Position numbers and translations under genes: made by a program. A DNA stretch of 54,302 nt, taken from positions 1-54,302 of the forward strand of contig CAXULY010000036.1 in NCBI GenBank assembly GCA_964252075.1, written 5' to 3'. Position 1 is the stretch's first letter. Each line of letters begins with the position of its first letter. The notes beneath the pieces are model-generated. The model did no database searches and was not told where the DNA came from. It saw nothing but the letters and a program-made list of their open reading frames with translations. This DNA is from an uncultured Deinococcaceae bacterium. Lineage in GTDB: Bacteria; Deinococcota; Deinococci; Deinococcales; Deinococcaceae. Positions 36,063-46,477 of this stretch are shown piece by piece.

Positions 36063-36638
36063 TCAGGCGGGGTCCGCGGTGGGTGGGGCCACGAGGAGCG
36101 TCATGGCGTCCTTGATGGCCTGGCGCCGCAGCGCGAGTCCGCCGTGGTCGGGTTCGTCCTCGGCGACGTTCGGGCGGAGTTCGATGAGGGCCAACATCAG
36201 TTCGAAGAGCAGCGGGGCGGGGAAACGTGAGCTGACGTGCCCTTCCGCCTGCGCCTGCGCGATCGCGTCGATCTTGCGCTGCACGGTCGCGACGCTCTTC
36301 TCCGAGCGCATGCTCTGCGTGCCGCGCTCCAGCCAGTCCCAGTGGACCAGCCGCGTGAGTTCCGGGTGCTGGTGGTAGTGGTCGAAGACGCGCGCGGCGT
36401 ACTCGGGGAGGTCGTCCGGGTCGAGGGGCACGGCGTTCAGGTGTGCGGTGATGAGGTCCTCACCGACCGCTTCGAGCAGGCCCTCCTTGCTGCCGAAGTA
36501 GGCGTAGATCATGGCCTTGTTGCTGCCTGAGGCGGCGGCGATGCGGTCCACGCGCGCGCCCGCCAGGCCGTAGCGCGAGAACTCCGCCGCCGCGGCGTGC
36601 AGGATGCGCTGTCTGGTGGCCTGGGCGTCACGCTTCAT
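36063..36638 (-). CDS. TetR family transcriptional regulator
   Basis: RILHAAAAEFSRYGLAGARVDRIA..MIYAYFGSKEGL; leaderless TACACT-N6-ATG. Confidence 0.92.
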   Translation of the reverse strand: MKRDAQATRQRILHAAAAEFSRYGLAGARVDRIAAASGSNKAMIYAYFGSKEGLLEAVGEDLITAHLNAVPLDPDDLPEYAARVFDHYHQHPELTRLVHWDWLERGTQSMRSEKSVATVQRKIDAIAQAQAEGHVSSRFPAPLLFELMLALIELRPNVAEDEPDHGGLALRRQAIKDAMTLLVAPPTADPA

Positions 36639-36665
36639 GCCTTCAGTGTAGCGAACACCAGACGT

Positions 36666-36732
36666 AACCAACCGGATGGTTGACAAATGCCGCACTTCGT
36701 CGTGTACTGACGAAGCAACCAACTGGTTGTTT
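36666..36732. promoter_or_regulatory. Two candidate TetR operators flanking the AKR promoter
   Basis: AACCAACCGGATGGTT (36666-36681) and AACCAACTGGTTGTTT (36717-36732); TTGACA at 36680. Confidence 0.65.
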
Positions 36733-36748
36733 TCTCTGGAGGCCGCAC

Positions 36749-37789
36749 ATGAACTACAACCGACTGGGCAACACCGGACTCTTCGTCTCCGAACTGGCGT
36801 TCGGCACCATGACCTTCGGCGGCGACGCCAACTTCGCGGCCGTCGGACAGGTGCAGCAGGCCGAGGCAGACCGCCTGCTGGCCCGCGCCCTCGAGGCGGG
36901 CATCAACCTGATCGACACCGCCGACACCTACTCCGGCGGGCTCTCCGAACGCATCACCGGGCAGGCGCTGAGGAACATCGGCGCGCGCCGCGAGGAGGTG
37001 GTGCTCGCCACCAAGGTCTTCGGGAACATGGGCCCGGGACCCAACCAGAAGGGCGCCTCGCGCGCACACATCCTGGACGCCGCGCACGCCAGCCTGGAGC
37101 GCCTGGGCCTCAGCCACATCGACCTGTACCAGCTGCACGGCTTCGACCCCGCCACGCCCATCGAGGAGAGCCTCACGGCCCTGAACGACCTCGTGCGCCA
37201 GGGCCTCGTGCGCTACGTCGGCGTGTCGAACTGGGCGGCGTGGCAGGTCAGCCGGGCGCTGGGCGTCTCCGCGCTGCACGGCCTCACACGCTTCGCCTCC
37301 GTGCAGGCCTACTACACCCTCGCGGCGCGCGACGCTGAACGTGAACTGCTGCCCATGGGCCGCGCCGAGGGCCTGGGCCTGCTGGCCTGGAGCCCCCTGG
37401 CGGGGGGCCTGCTGAGCGGCAAGTACAGCCGGGCGCAGGCGGGCGAGGAGGGCAGCCGCCGCGCCGCACTGGACTTCCCGCCCGTCCATCTGGAGCGCGC
37501 GCACACCGTGATTGACGTGCTGCAGGACCTCGCGCGCGCGCGGGGCGCCACGGTGGCGCAGCTGGCCCTCGCGTGGGTGCTGCACCAGCCGGGCGTGAGC
37601 AGCGTGCTGATCGGCACCAAGAAGCTGGCGCAGCTGGAGGACAACCTCGGGGCGGTGAACCTTCAGCTCAGCGCGGACGACTTGCGGCGGCTGAACGAGG
37701 CCAGCGCGCTGCCCCCCGAGTACCCCGGCTGGATGCTGGATTTCTGGAGCGGCGAGCGTGCGCAGCAACTCGCCGAGGCGCGCGCGTGA
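36749..37789 (+). CDS. Aldo/keto reductase
   Basis: LGNTGLFVS, IDTADTY, DLYQLH, AWSPLAGGLLSGKY; SD GGAGG. Confidence 0.92.
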   Translation: MNYNRLGNTGLFVSELAFGTMTFGGDANFAAVGQVQQAEADRLLARALEAGINLIDTADTYSGGLSERITGQALRNIGARREEVVLATKVFGNMGPGPNQKGASRAHILDAAHASLERLGLSHIDLYQLHGFDPATPIEESLTALNDLVRQGLVRYVGVSNWAAWQVSRALGVSALHGLTRFASVQAYYTLAARDAERELLPMGRAEGLGLLAWSPLAGGLLSGKYSRAQAGEEGSRRAALDFPPVHLERAHTVIDVLQDLARARGATVAQLALAWVLHQPGVSSVLIGTKKLAQLEDNLGAVNLQLSADDLRRLNEASALPPEYPGWMLDFWSGERAQQLAEARA

Positions 37790-38865
37790 ACGCCACGGCC
37801 CTCACCGCGTACCGCACGCTGGGGCGCTCCGGGCTGATCGTGAGCCCGCTGGCGCTCGGCACCATGACCTTCGGCACCGCCCGCTGGGGCTCGCCGGACG
37901 ACACCTCAGGGGCGATCTTCGACGCGTTCGTGGCGGCGGGCGGGAATTTTCTCGACACCGCCGACACCTACGCGAAGGGCCGCAGCGAGGAACTGCTCGG
38001 GCAGTTCGTGGCGCGCAGCGGCCTGCGGGAGCAGCTGGTCATCGCCACGAAGTTCACCTGGAATGCCGTACCGGGCGCCCCTGCCACGAGTGGCAACAGC
38101 CGCAAGAACATCCACCGGGCGCTGGAGGGCTCCCTGCGGCGCCTCGGCACGGCGTACGTGGACCTGTACTGGCTGCACCACTGGGACACCGTCACGCCCG
38201 TTGAGGAGGTGCTCCAGACGCTCGGTGACCTCGTGCGGGCGGGGCGCATCCGGTACTTCGGGTTCTCGAACGTGCCCGCGTGGTACGCCGCGCAGGCCGC
38301 GACCCTCGCCGCCGTGCATGGCGTGCCCAGCCCCACCGCGCTGCAGCTGGAGTACTCCCTCGCGGAGCGCGGCGTGGAGCGGGAGCACGTGGGCGCCGCG
38401 CGGCAGTTCGGGCTGGGCCTCACGCCGTGGAGTCCGCTCGCTGCGGGGTTCCTGGCGGGCAAGTACGCGCGGTCCGAGCAGGGCGTCACGGGCGAGGGCC
38501 GCCTGAGCGGCCCGAACCCTTTCGGGGACAGCAAGTTCAGCGCGCGCAACTGGCGCACCCTGGACGCCCTGAAGGCCGTCGCGGCCGAGGTGGGCCGCCC
38601 GCCCGCGCAGGTGGCGCTCGCGTGGCTGCGGGCGCAACCGGGCGTGACCGCGCCCATCGTGGGCGCGAGCAGGCTGGAGCAGCTGCACGACCACCTCGCG
38701 TCGCTGGAGCTGCGCCTCACGCCCGATCAGCTGAGGGCGCTGGATGAAGCGAGCGCGCCCGAGGCGTCCGCGCCCTCCTCCATCCTGCAGCCGGGCATCC
38801 GCCGCATGATCTTCGGCGGCGCGAGTGTGCAGGGCTGGGACGAGCAGTGGAGCGACGGGCAGTGA
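37786..38865 (+). CDS. Aldo/keto reductase
   Basis: LGRSGLIVSPLALGTMTFG, LDTADTY, DLYWLH, PWSPLAAGFL; GTGA overlap with upstream gene. Confidence 0.92.
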   Translation: MNATALTAYRTLGRSGLIVSPLALGTMTFGTARWGSPDDTSGAIFDAFVAAGGNFLDTADTYAKGRSEELLGQFVARSGLREQLVIATKFTWNAVPGAPATSGNSRKNIHRALEGSLRRLGTAYVDLYWLHHWDTVTPVEEVLQTLGDLVRAGRIRYFGFSNVPAWYAAQAATLAAVHGVPSPTALQLEYSLAERGVEREHVGAARQFGLGLTPWSPLAAGFLAGKYARSEQGVTGEGRLSGPNPFGDSKFSARNWRTLDALKAVAAEVGRPPAQVALAWLRAQPGVTAPIVGASRLEQLHDHLASLELRLTPDQLRALDEASAPEASAPSSILQPGIRRMIFGGASVQGWDEQWSDGQ

Positions 38866-38896
38866 CGGGAGGAGGGGCGCGCCCCTCCTCCCGTCA
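38863..38896. terminator. Perfect 34-bp palindrome between convergent genes
   Basis: TGACGGGAGGAGGGGCG|CGCCCCTCCTCCCGTCA. Confidence 0.65.
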
Positions 38897-38901
38897 GGAC
38901 T

Positions 38902-39441
38902 TCAGGCCTGCGCGACGGGGCCGCGCAGGTATGTGAGGAGCGCGTCCAGCGGCGGGAAGCGCTGCGCGAGCAGCGCCGCCCGGACGGCCTGCGCCTCACG
39001 CCACGCGAACTCCACCTGCGCCTGCGTGACGAGGTGCGCGGCGAGGGCGCGCTCCAGGTCCTCGGCGTCAATGATGTGCGCGCTCTGCACCTGCCCGTCC
39101 TCGTTCAGGTCCGCGATGACGTCGAGGTACAGGTCGTGGTGCCACGGCAGGCCGTCGTCGTCCACACCGCCGCCCTCCGCGATGTCCACGTACACCTGCA
39201 CCACCTGACCCGCGGCGTCCAGCATGAGGGTGGTGGGCTGCCCCTGGTACGGGTGCAGGCGCACCCAGCGGTGCCCATCATCCATCACCCGGATGCGGCG
39301 CTCCCCGAAAGGCACGTCCAGCGGCTTCGTGACCTCGTGCGCGGTGTAGTCCACGACGAGGCCCGCCGGGACGTGCAGCGCGCGCTGCTCGCCGCGCGCC
39401 ACGCGGTGCCAGCCGCGCAGGTCGAAGCGCTTGCGCTTCAC
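38902..39441 (-). CDS. DUF402 domain protein
   Basis: MKRKRFDL.GW, QVYVDIA, DLYLDVI, D.EDLE.AL. Confidence 0.8.
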   Translation of the reverse strand: MKRKRFDLRGWHRVARGEQRALHVPAGLVVDYTAHEVTKPLDVPFGERRIRVMDDGHRWVRLHPYQGQPTTLMLDAAGQVVQVYVDIAEGGGVDDDGLPWHHDLYLDVIADLNEDGQVQSAHIIDAEDLERALAAHLVTQAQVEFAWREAQAVRAALLAQRFPPLDALLTYLRGPVAQA

Positions 39442-40805
39442 ACGCCCTGCTTGCCCAGCTCCTCCAGCAGCGCGGCGCTGGTCAGGATGCCGTTGTGGTA
39501 GTCGGTGAGCGCGAAGCTCTCGTTCGGGCTGTGCGGCGCGTCCTCGTTGAGGCCCATGTCCACCAGCAGCACGGGCGCCCCCAGGATCTCGCGGAAGTCC
39601 GCGACGATGGGGATGCTGCCGCCGCCGCGCGCGAAGGCGGCGGGCTTGCCGTACACGCGCGTGAGCGCGCGGTCCGCGGCCTTGATGTAGGGCGAGTCGA
39701 GGTCCACCTTCACGGGTTTGCCGCCGTGCATCTCGATCACCTCGACCTGCGTGCCTTCTGGCGCGAGGGACTGGATGTACTCGGCGGCGAGTTTCGTGAT
39801 GCGCTCGGGGTCCTGCCCCGGCACGAGGCGCATGCTGATCTTCGCGCCGGCCTTCGCGGCGATGACGGTCTTGCTGCCTTCACCCTGGTAGCCGCCCCAG
39901 ATGCCGTTCACGTCCAGCGTGGGGCGCGCCCACAGGCGCTCCAGCACGCTGTACCCGGCCTCGCCGGGCAGGGCGGGCACGCCGATGCTCGCCGCGAAGG
40001 CTGCGTCGTCCTGCGGGAGACGCGCCCACATCTCGCGCTCCTGCCCGGTGAGTTCCTCCACACCGTCGTAGAAGCCGGGGATGGTGATGCGGCCCTGGGC
40101 GTCCTTGAGCTGCGCGATGATCTGCGCGAGCGCGTTGATGGGGTTCGGCGCGGCGCCGCCATAACTGCCGCTGTGCAGGTCGCGGTTCGCGCCCTGCACG
40201 CGCACCTCGATGTAACTCAGGCCGCGCAGGCCGTACGTGACGGTCGGGACGTCCGGCGCGAAGCGCGAGCCGTCCGAGATCACGATCACGTCCGCGCGCA
40301 GGTTCGCCTGGTGCGCGCGCAGGTACGCCGCGAGGTGCGCGCTCCCGACTTCCTCCTCGCCCTCAAGCAGGAACTTCACGTTCACGGGCAGTTCGCCCTG
40401 CGTGAGCAGCACCTCCACGCCCTTCACGTGCGCGAAGGCCTGCCCCTTGTCGTCCGTCGCGCCGCGCGCGTAGATGCGCCCGTCCCGCACAGTCGGCTCG
40501 AAGGGCGGCGTCACCCACTCCTCCAGCGGCGCTTCGGGCTGCACGTCGTAATGCCCGTAGATCAGCACGGTGGGTTTGCCGGGGCTCTGGAGGCGCTCGG
40601 CGTACACGACGGGGTGCCCGGCGGTGTCATCCACGCGCGCCGCGAAGCCCAGCGACGCGAGTTTCGCCTGCAGGAAGTCCGCCGCGCGGCGCATGTCGGC
40701 CTTGTGCGTCGGGTCGGCACTCACGGAGGGGATGCGCAGCAGTTCGAAGAGTTCAGCGTCGGCCTGGGCGGTGTCGAAGGGGAAGTCAGCGGAGGTGTCG
40801 GGCAT
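39438..40805 (-). CDS. M20 family dipeptidase
   Basis: [43 protein letters not shown]. Confidence 0.92.
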   Translation of the reverse strand: MPDTSADFPFDTAQADAELFELLRIPSVSADPTHKADMRRAADFLQAKLASLGFAARVDDTAGHPVVYAERLQSPGKPTVLIYGHYDVQPEAPLEEWVTPPFEPTVRDGRIYARGATDDKGQAFAHVKGVEVLLTQGELPVNVKFLLEGEEEVGSAHLAAYLRAHQANLRADVIVISDGSRFAPDVPTVTYGLRGLSYIEVRVQGANRDLHSGSYGGAAPNPINALAQIIAQLKDAQGRITIPGFYDGVEELTGQEREMWARLPQDDAAFAASIGVPALPGEAGYSVLERLWARPTLDVNGIWGGYQGEGSKTVIAAKAGAKISMRLVPGQDPERITKLAAEYIQSLAPEGTQVEVIEMHGGKPVKVDLDSPYIKAADRALTRVYGKPAAFARGGGSIPIVADFREILGAPVLLVDMGLNEDAPHSPNESFALTDYHNGILTSAALLEELGKQGV

Positions 40806-40858
40806 GGGGGGATTCTACGGCAGGATGCCCGCGCCGCGTCCAGGCGAGGCGCGCCCGG

Positions 40859-41695
40859 TCAGCGCCCGACGCGCGCGGCGCTCACCACGCGCTCCACGCC
40901 CGCCGGGCCGAGCCGCACCAGGAAGCCGCCCTGCGGGCCGTACGCGAGGCCGCCATCCACGTTCAGGCACAGCCCGCTCGCGTACAGCAGCGGGCTCGTG
41001 ACGTCCGCCGCCGTCTTGCTGAGCACGTAGGGGATGGGGGTGTGCCCGTGCACGAGGCGCGCGCCGCCCAGCACGCCCAGCAGTTCGCGCGCGGCACGCT
41101 CGCCCGCCTCCCCCTCGAACTCGCGCCGCTCGGAGAACCAGCTGGCGAGGCGGTCCAGCATGACGGGGTCCCCGACGCGCAGGGTGGCGGTCAGGGCGTC
41201 GTTGATGAGCTGCACGTTGTGCCCGTAGCGCAGGTAGAAGCGGCTGTCCGCGTGCGCGAACAGGTACGGCCCCAGGCGCGCGAGGGCGGGCAGGCCCATC
41301 AGCCACGCGGCGTCCTCTTCGGTGAGGGCCTCCAGGTCGTCCTCGTGGCCGCCGCTCTGCCGCCAGCGCGCCATGAAACTGCGGCCCTGGCTGTCCTTCC
41401 ACACGCGCCCGTGCTGCCGCGCGGCGAGCAGCAGCACCTCGTGGTTCCCCAGGAGCGCCAGCACCTGCCCGCCCGCCTGCGCCGCCTCGCGCGCGAGGCG
41501 GCGCGCCATGGACACCACGCCCGCGCCGTCCGGACCGCGGTCTGTGAGGTCCCCGATCAGCACCAGGGTGCTGTCCCCGCCACTCCACGCCTCGCGCCGG
41601 TCCACGAGGCCCGCCTGCACCAGCAGCGCCGCGAAGCGCGCGCGCTGCCCGTGAATGTCTCCCATCACCCACCAGCGAGGCGCCTGCGTGGTCAC
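40859..41695 (-). CDS. PPP-type metallophosphoesterase (ApaH/Shelph-like)
   Basis: GDIHG, GDLTDRG, GNHE, FAHA, HGHT; GTG start overlaps the NUDIX stop. Confidence 0.85.
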   Translation of the reverse strand: MTTQAPRWWVMGDIHGQRARFAALLVQAGLVDRREAWSGGDSTLVLIGDLTDRGPDGAGVVSMARRLAREAAQAGGQVLALLGNHEVLLLAARQHGRVWKDSQGRSFMARWRQSGGHEDDLEALTEEDAAWLMGLPALARLGPYLFAHADSRFYLRYGHNVQLINDALTATLRVGDPVMLDRLASWFSERREFEGEAGERAARELLGVLGGARLVHGHTPIPYVLSKTAADVTSPLLYASGLCLNVDGGLAYGPQGGFLVRLGPAGVERVVSAARVGR

Positions 41696-42180
41696 CCGCT
41701 CCCCCCAGCCATCAGCGCGGCCAGGTACCGCTGGGTGGCGGCGCCCAGCGGCGCAGGCGGTGCGGTCAGGGGCCAGAACCGCGCGTCCACCGCGTCGTCC
41801 GCAGCGCGCGGCGTGCCCCTCCACGCGCGCGCAACGTACAGCAGCGTCACCCAGTCCACGACATTCCCGTCCGGGTACGTGAAGCGGCACTCCAGGCCGG
41901 AGAAGACGTCCAGCAGGCGCACGTCGCGCGCGGCGAGGCCCGTCTCCTCCAGCAGTTCACGGCGGGCGGCGTCCCCGATGCGCTCGCCGGGCTGCACGCC
42001 GCCGCCCGGCAGGTCCCAGTGACCGTTGTCACGGCGGCGCACCATCAGCACGCGCGCCGCGTCGTCCAGGCAGGCGACGCCCGCCCCCACGCGCTGCGTG
42101 GGGCGTGCCTGCCGCGCCGGTCCTCGCGGTTCGGGGCGGTGCAGCAGGAGGTGAAACCAGCGCGCGCGGCCCTGAGTCAC
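41692..42180 (-). CDS. NUDIX hydrolase
   Basis: Nudix box GGGVQPGERIGDAARRELLEETGL; YPDG. Confidence 0.88.
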   Translation of the reverse strand: MTQGRARWFHLLLHRPEPRGPARQARPTQRVGAGVACLDDAARVLMVRRRDNGHWDLPGGGVQPGERIGDAARRELLEETGLAARDVRLLDVFSGLECRFTYPDGNVVDWVTLLYVARAWRGTPRAADDAVDARFWPLTAPPAPLGAATQRYLAALMAGGSG

Positions 42181-42182
42181 CG

Positions 42183-42935
42183 TCAGGCCTTGCCCTCGGG
42201 ACCGGGCTTGTCGGTGCGGCGGCGGGTCTTGCGGGGCGGCGCGACCTCCACCGGGGCGGGCAGTTCACGCCAGCGCGTCATGCGGTCGGAGATGTCCTGC
42301 TGGATGCGCTCAATGGAGTGCTCCATGTTGCCGCGCGCGGAATCCAGCTCACTGCGCAGGCGCATGATCTCCTCGACGCCCGCGAGGTTCACGCCGAGTT
42401 CCTGCGTGAGGCGCCGAATCTCGCGCAGGTGCTCCACGTCCCGCTCGCTGTACAGGCGCGTCTTGCCGCTGGAGCGCCGGGGTGCGATGAGCTGCTTGCG
42501 CTCGTACAGGCGCAGCGTCTGGGGGTGCATCTCCGCGAGTTGCGCCGCGATGGAAATGACGTACACGGGGCGGTCACGGGGGTCGGTGGCGTCCGGCGCG
42601 GGGAGCGGCATGGGGCGGCGCGCGGCGCCCTCCAGTTCGCCCTCCAGGCGCTCCACCTCCTGCTCGAACTGGTCTTGAAGGTCGTCGAGTTCGTGCTGCA
42701 GGCGCATGACTTCCTCGACGCCCGCGAGGTTCACGCCCAGTTCCTGCGTGAGGCGGCGGATCTCACGCAGGTGCTCGATGTCGCGCTCGCTGTACAGGCG
42801 CGTCTTGCCGCTGGACCGCCGGGGGCGGATCAGTTGCTTGCGCTCGTACAGCCGCAGGGTCTGGGGGTGCATGTCCACCAGCTCCGCCGCGATCGAGATC
42901 ACGTAGACTGGGCGGTTTTTGGCGTCATTCGCCAT
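42183..42935 (-). CDS. hspR: Heat-shock repressor HspR, fused-dimer type (two MerR domains)
   Basis: [47 protein letters not shown] present twice. Confidence 0.93.
   Translation of the reverse strand: MANDAKNRPVYVISIAAELVDMHPQTLRLYERKQLIRPRRSSGKTRLYSERDIEHLREIRRLTQELGVNLAGVEEVMRLQHELDDLQDQFEQEVERLEGELEGAARRPMPLPAPDATDPRDRPVYVISIAAQLAEMHPQTLRLYERKQLIAPRRSSGKTRLYSERDVEHLREIRRLTQELGVNLAGVEEIMRLRSELDSARGNMEHSIERIQQDISDRMTRWRELPAPVEVAPPRKTRRRTDKPGPEGKA
42361..42912. repeat. Internal ~210-bp duplication within hspR (offset 342 bp)
   Basis: Similar segments begin at 42361 and 42703 (cgcatga..tcctcgacgcccgcgaggttcacgcc...). Confidence 0.85.
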
Positions 42936-42941
42936 AGGTAG

Positions 42942-42962
42942 GCTGAGTATAGCCCACTCAAG
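42942..42962. promoter_or_regulatory. HAIR operator overlapping the hspR -10
   Basis: GCTGAGT-N7-ACTCAAG versus consensus CTTGAGT-N7-ACTCAAG; TATACT inside it on the minus strand. Confidence 0.88.
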
Positions 42963-43002
42963 GCGCGCGCCGGACGCACAACATTGCCTTTCGCGCCGCG
43001 CC

Positions 43003-43854
43003 TCAGCTCCGCCCGCGCGCGGCGCGGTGCTGCGCGAACCACTGCGGCTGGCGCCCGTCCACATCCGTGAAGCCGTAGGTGTCCGCGAGTTCCCCGACGT
43101 CCAGCACGCGCCCGGTGTGGCGCAGGGCGTCCGGGTCGGTCGCGAGGGCCCGCACGCCGCGCGCCGCGTAGTGCGGGCTCTCCGTCTGCCCCGCGAGTTC
43201 CTCCTCGGTGTGGTGCGTCAGCATGAGTTCCGTGCGCATCCAGCCGGGCGCCACCCCGACCACCGGGATGCCGCGCTCGCGCAGCGCGTGGGCGAGGGCG
43301 TACACGAGGCGGTTCTTGGCGGCCTTGCTGACCTCGTAGGGCAGCCAGCCGGGCGGTTCGTCCGTGTGCCACGTGGTGCTGATGATGGAGCCCTGCCCGG
43401 CGGGCACCATGAAGTGACGCAGGGCCAGCATGCTGGTCAGGTAATCGCTGTACGCGCCCGCGTTCAGCATGCCGTGCAGGCGCGTGAGGTCCTCGTCCCA
43501 GGGGTGCGGGGCGCCCGGGATGCCAGGACGGTCGTGGGCGCCCCAGGCGTTGTTCACCAGCACGTCCAGCCGCCCGAAGTCCGCCCGGATGCGCGACATG
43601 ACCGCCTCGACCTGCGCGGGGTCGGTGTGGTCGCAGCGGATGGGTGTGGCCTCGCCGCCCGCCGCGCGAATGGCGTCGGCGGTGTCCTCGATGGTGGTGT
43701 GTGGCAGGGCCACCTGTGTGCTGTGCCCGCGCACGCTGCGCGCCGTCACGATCACGTGCGCGCCCGCCTCCGCGAGTTCCAGCGCGACGGCGCGGCCCAG
43801 ACCGCGTGAGGCGCCCGTCACGAGCGCCACGCGCCCGGTGAGTGCGCCGCTCAC
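43003..43854 (-). CDS. SDR family oxidoreductase (DHRS1-like)
   Basis: [32 protein letters not shown]. Confidence 0.88.
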   Translation of the reverse strand: MSGALTGRVALVTGASRGLGRAVALELAEAGAHVIVTARSVRGHSTQVALPHTTIEDTADAIRAAGGEATPIRCDHTDPAQVEAVMSRIRADFGRLDVLVNNAWGAHDRPGIPGAPHPWDEDLTRLHGMLNAGAYSDYLTSMLALRHFMVPAGQGSIISTTWHTDEPPGWLPYEVSKAAKNRLVYALAHALRERGIPVVGVAPGWMRTELMLTHHTEEELAGQTESPHYAARGVRALATDPDALRHTGRVLDVGELADTYGFTDVDGRQPQWFAQHRAARGRS

Positions 43855-44795
43855 CGGCGCACCTCTGCCGCGCCCGCAGCCCGGGGTGGCGTCTGTACGG
43901 GCCCGCCGAAGTGCATGGGGTCCGCGTCGAGCTGCACGCCCAGGCGCCAGAACCACGCGCTGAGCGTGTGGCGGCGGTGCGCGTCCACGGTGAGGACGTG
44001 CGCGATCATGCCGCCGAAGGGGAACACCTCGGGCGGCTCGCACAGGGCGTCCACGAACCCCTGCCGCCAGCGCTGCTCGCGGCTCACCTCGAGCGCGACC
44101 TCCCGGAAGGCCGGGAAGGCGAGGTTCAGGCGCGCCTCCAGGCCGTCCGGGCTGCGGTCGCGGTCCTCGGGGGGCAGCGCGCCACCGCGCACGGCGGCCA
44201 CCCACACCTCCTTGTTCAGCACCAGTTTGTCCAGCAGGGCGCGCAGGGTGGTGTCGGGCGGCTCGAAGGTGAGGGGCTGGCTCTCCCCGAGTGGGCGGTC
44301 CAGCGCGCCGTCTGGCAGCGCGCGCGCCTGCGCGATGGCCTGACGCACGAAGGCCTCGTCGAAGCGCAGCAGGTGGTCCAGCAGGTCCATAGGGTCCTCC
44401 TTGGGGGTGGCGCCCGTGGGCGCGTAATGAATGCCGTTCGGGGCGCTCAGGTGGTGGTGGCCGGGCGCGGCGCGGCGGTACAGGCTGGGCGAGGTGCCGT
44501 ACGCCCGCCGGAAGGCGCGCGTAAAGGCCTCCAGGCTCTCGAAGCCCGCGTCGAGCGCCACGTCCGTCACGCGCGCCCCGCTGCGCGTGAGCGTCCAGGC
44601 GGCGCGCTCCAGCAGCAGGCGGCGGCGCAGGGCGGCGGGCGATTCCCCCAGCAGGCGCGAGAAGGCGCGCGTGGCGTGCGCACGGCTGAGGTGCGCGCGC
44701 CCCGCGAGGGCCGCCACGCCGCGCGGCTCCGCCGCGTCCAGGCTGCTCAGGATCAGCGCCAGCAGCGCGTCCACCCGACTTCGGTATCCGGTCAT
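43851..44795 (-). CDS. AraC-family HTH fused to a DinB-like domain
   Basis: LSRAHATRAF..GESP, VALDAGFESLEAFTRAFRRAYGTSP; C-terminal AHVLTVDAHRRH. Confidence 0.82.
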   Translation of the reverse strand: MTGYRSRVDALLALILSSLDAAEPRGVAALAGRAHLSRAHATRAFSRLLGESPAALRRRLLLERAAWTLTRSGARVTDVALDAGFESLEAFTRAFRRAYGTSPSLYRRAAPGHHHLSAPNGIHYAPTGATPKEDPMDLLDHLLRFDEAFVRQAIAQARALPDGALDRPLGESQPLTFEPPDTTLRALLDKLVLNKEVWVAAVRGGALPPEDRDRSPDGLEARLNLAFPAFREVALEVSREQRWRQGFVDALCEPPEVFPFGGMIAHVLTVDAHRRHTLSAWFWRLGVQLDADPMHFGGPVQTPPRAAGAAEVRR

Positions 44796-44860
44796 GCCCA
44801 ACCCCAGCGTACCGGCTGAGGCGGCGCGCCGCCTGACCGTTTGTTGCGCCACGCCAGCCA

Positions 44861-44889
44861 GAAAAACAGGGGCAGCCAGGCTGCCCCTG
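44861..44889 (-). terminator. Terminator after rodA
   Basis: CAGGGGCAGC..GCTGCCCCTG followed by TTTTT on the minus strand. Confidence 0.8.
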
Positions 44890-44905
44890 CCTGCTCAGGA
44901 CGCCA

Positions 44906-45976
44906 TCACATGCCGCTGAAGCGGTCTCGGTACACCACGTACGCGGCGCCCAGGGTGGTGAGCACCATCACGAGGCTGCTCAGGCCGTAACTCACGAGCG
45001 GCAGCGTGATGCCCGTGAGGGGCAGCATGCTGAGCGCCGCGCCCATGTTCTCGATCGCCTGGAACCCAATCTGCCCCAGCACGCCCGCGAAGAGCAGCTG
45101 GTCCTGCAGGCGCGTGCATTCGGACCCCATGTTCGCGAGGCGCCAGAACAGGGCGCCGAACACCGTGAGGAGCGCCACGCACCCCACGAAGCCCTGTTCT
45201 TCCGCCCAGGGGGCCAGCACGAAGTCGTTGTGCGCCTCGGGCACGAAGCCGTTGTGGGACTGCGTGCCCTTGCCGTAGCCCTTGCCCTGCATGCCGCCCG
45301 ACCCGATTGCGATGGTGCTCTGGATGATCTGGTAGCCCTGCCCGCGCGGATCGCGCTGCGGGTTCACGAAGATGGTGAGGCGCGCCTGCTGGTACGGCTT
45401 GAGGTGCGGGTAGATGACGGTCGGGAAGGCCACCCCGACCAGCACCAGGGCCAGCACCAGGTGCCACCATGGGACCTTCCAGGCCAGCAGGATCGCCGCG
45501 AACATCACGAGCAGCACCAGCGCGCCGCCGAAGTCCTCCTTCACGACGAGCGCCAGGGCGGGCAGGAACACCAGCAGCGGCAGCAGGTAGGAGCGCAGGC
45601 CCTTGTACCCACCGCGCATCACGACGGGCAGGAACAGGATCAGGGAGAGTTTCAGGAGTTCCAGCGGCTGGAACTGCACGGGGCCCAGCACGATCCAGTT
45701 CTGCTGGCCGTTCACGTCCTTGCCGATCACGAAGGTGCTGGCCTGCAGCAGCAGCGCGAGGCCGTACACGACGGGCGCGAGGAGGTACATGCGGTCGCGG
45801 CCCAGCCACCACAGCAGTGCGATGGGCACCACCGCGAGGCCCACGCCCATGAGTTGCTTCTGGAAGATGTTCTGCGATGCGAGGTCCGGCGAGATCGCCA
45901 CGCTGCTGATGGTCACGAGGCCCGCGCCCAGCAGCAGCAGGACCAGCACAGGCAGGCTGATGTCGTACTTCGCCAC
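44906..45976 (-). CDS. rodA: SEDS family protein RodA/FtsW
   Basis: FQPLELLK, KPYQQARL, GYQIIQS.IAIGSGG, PEAHNDF, TGITLPLVSYG; probable leaderless GTG after TAGCCT. Confidence 0.88.
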   Translation of the reverse strand: MAKYDISLPVLVLLLLGAGLVTISSVAISPDLASQNIFQKQLMGVGLAVVPIALLWWLGRDRMYLLAPVVYGLALLLQASTFVIGKDVNGQQNWIVLGPVQFQPLELLKLSLILFLPVVMRGGYKGLRSYLLPLLVFLPALALVVKEDFGGALVLLVMFAAILLAWKVPWWHLVLALVLVGVAFPTVIYPHLKPYQQARLTIFVNPQRDPRGQGYQIIQSTIAIGSGGMQGKGYGKGTQSHNGFVPEAHNDFVLAPWAEEQGFVGCVALLTVFGALFWRLANMGSECTRLQDQLLFAGVLGQIGFQAIENMGAALSMLPLTGITLPLVSYGLSSLVMVLTTLGAAYVVYRDRFSGM

Positions 45977-46087
45977 GCCCCGCAGGCTAGCCCATGCGGG
46001 CGCCTTCATGGAAAGGAAATTGTGGGAGTGGCGGGCATGGGAAAACCCGGCGACCGCAGGGGTCACCGGGGCTTCACACGCCTTTCC

Positions 46088-46477
46088 TCAGTCGAGGATG
46101 CGCTTGAGGTGCAGGTAGATTTCGTACCAGTCGCCCTTGTCGCGCGGGCGCTTGCCGCGCAGCTCGATGCGCGCCAGGGTGCGCACCCAGTCGGGCGTCA
46201 GCTGTCCGCCGAGGACGGGGTCCGCCATCAGGTCGCTGAGGCCTTTGGGCAAGGCACCTTCGGTGCCGTGACCGTAGAACTCCACGCCTTCCAGCAGGTC
46301 GTGGACCGTGATGGTGTAGGCGCCCGCCAGCGTCTGAAGGGTGTCCAGGCTGGGGTTGGTGCGCCCGCGCTCGAGGTCGCTGAGGTAAGGCACGCTGATG
46401 CCCGCCGTCTCCGCAACGTCCTTGAGGCGCAGCCCGCGTTCACTGCGAAGTTCACGCAAACGTTCGTGCAGTTTCAT
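46088..46477 (-). CDS. ddrO: XRE-family repressor DdrO of the radiation/desiccation response
   Basis: [61 protein letters not shown], 129 aa, IrrE cleavage motif ELRG; SD GGAGGT. Confidence 0.97.
   Translation of the reverse strand: MKLHERLRELRSERGLRLKDVAETAGISVPYLSDLERGRTNPSLDTLQTLAGAYTITVHDLLEGVEFYGHGTEGALPKGLSDLMADPVLGGQLTPDWVRTLARIELRGKRPRDKGDWYEIYLHLKRILD

Noticed and set aside
38863..38896. 34-bp perfect palindrome as a mobile or REP element
   Set aside because: Single copy in the window, exactly between convergent stop codons; a terminator role is simpler
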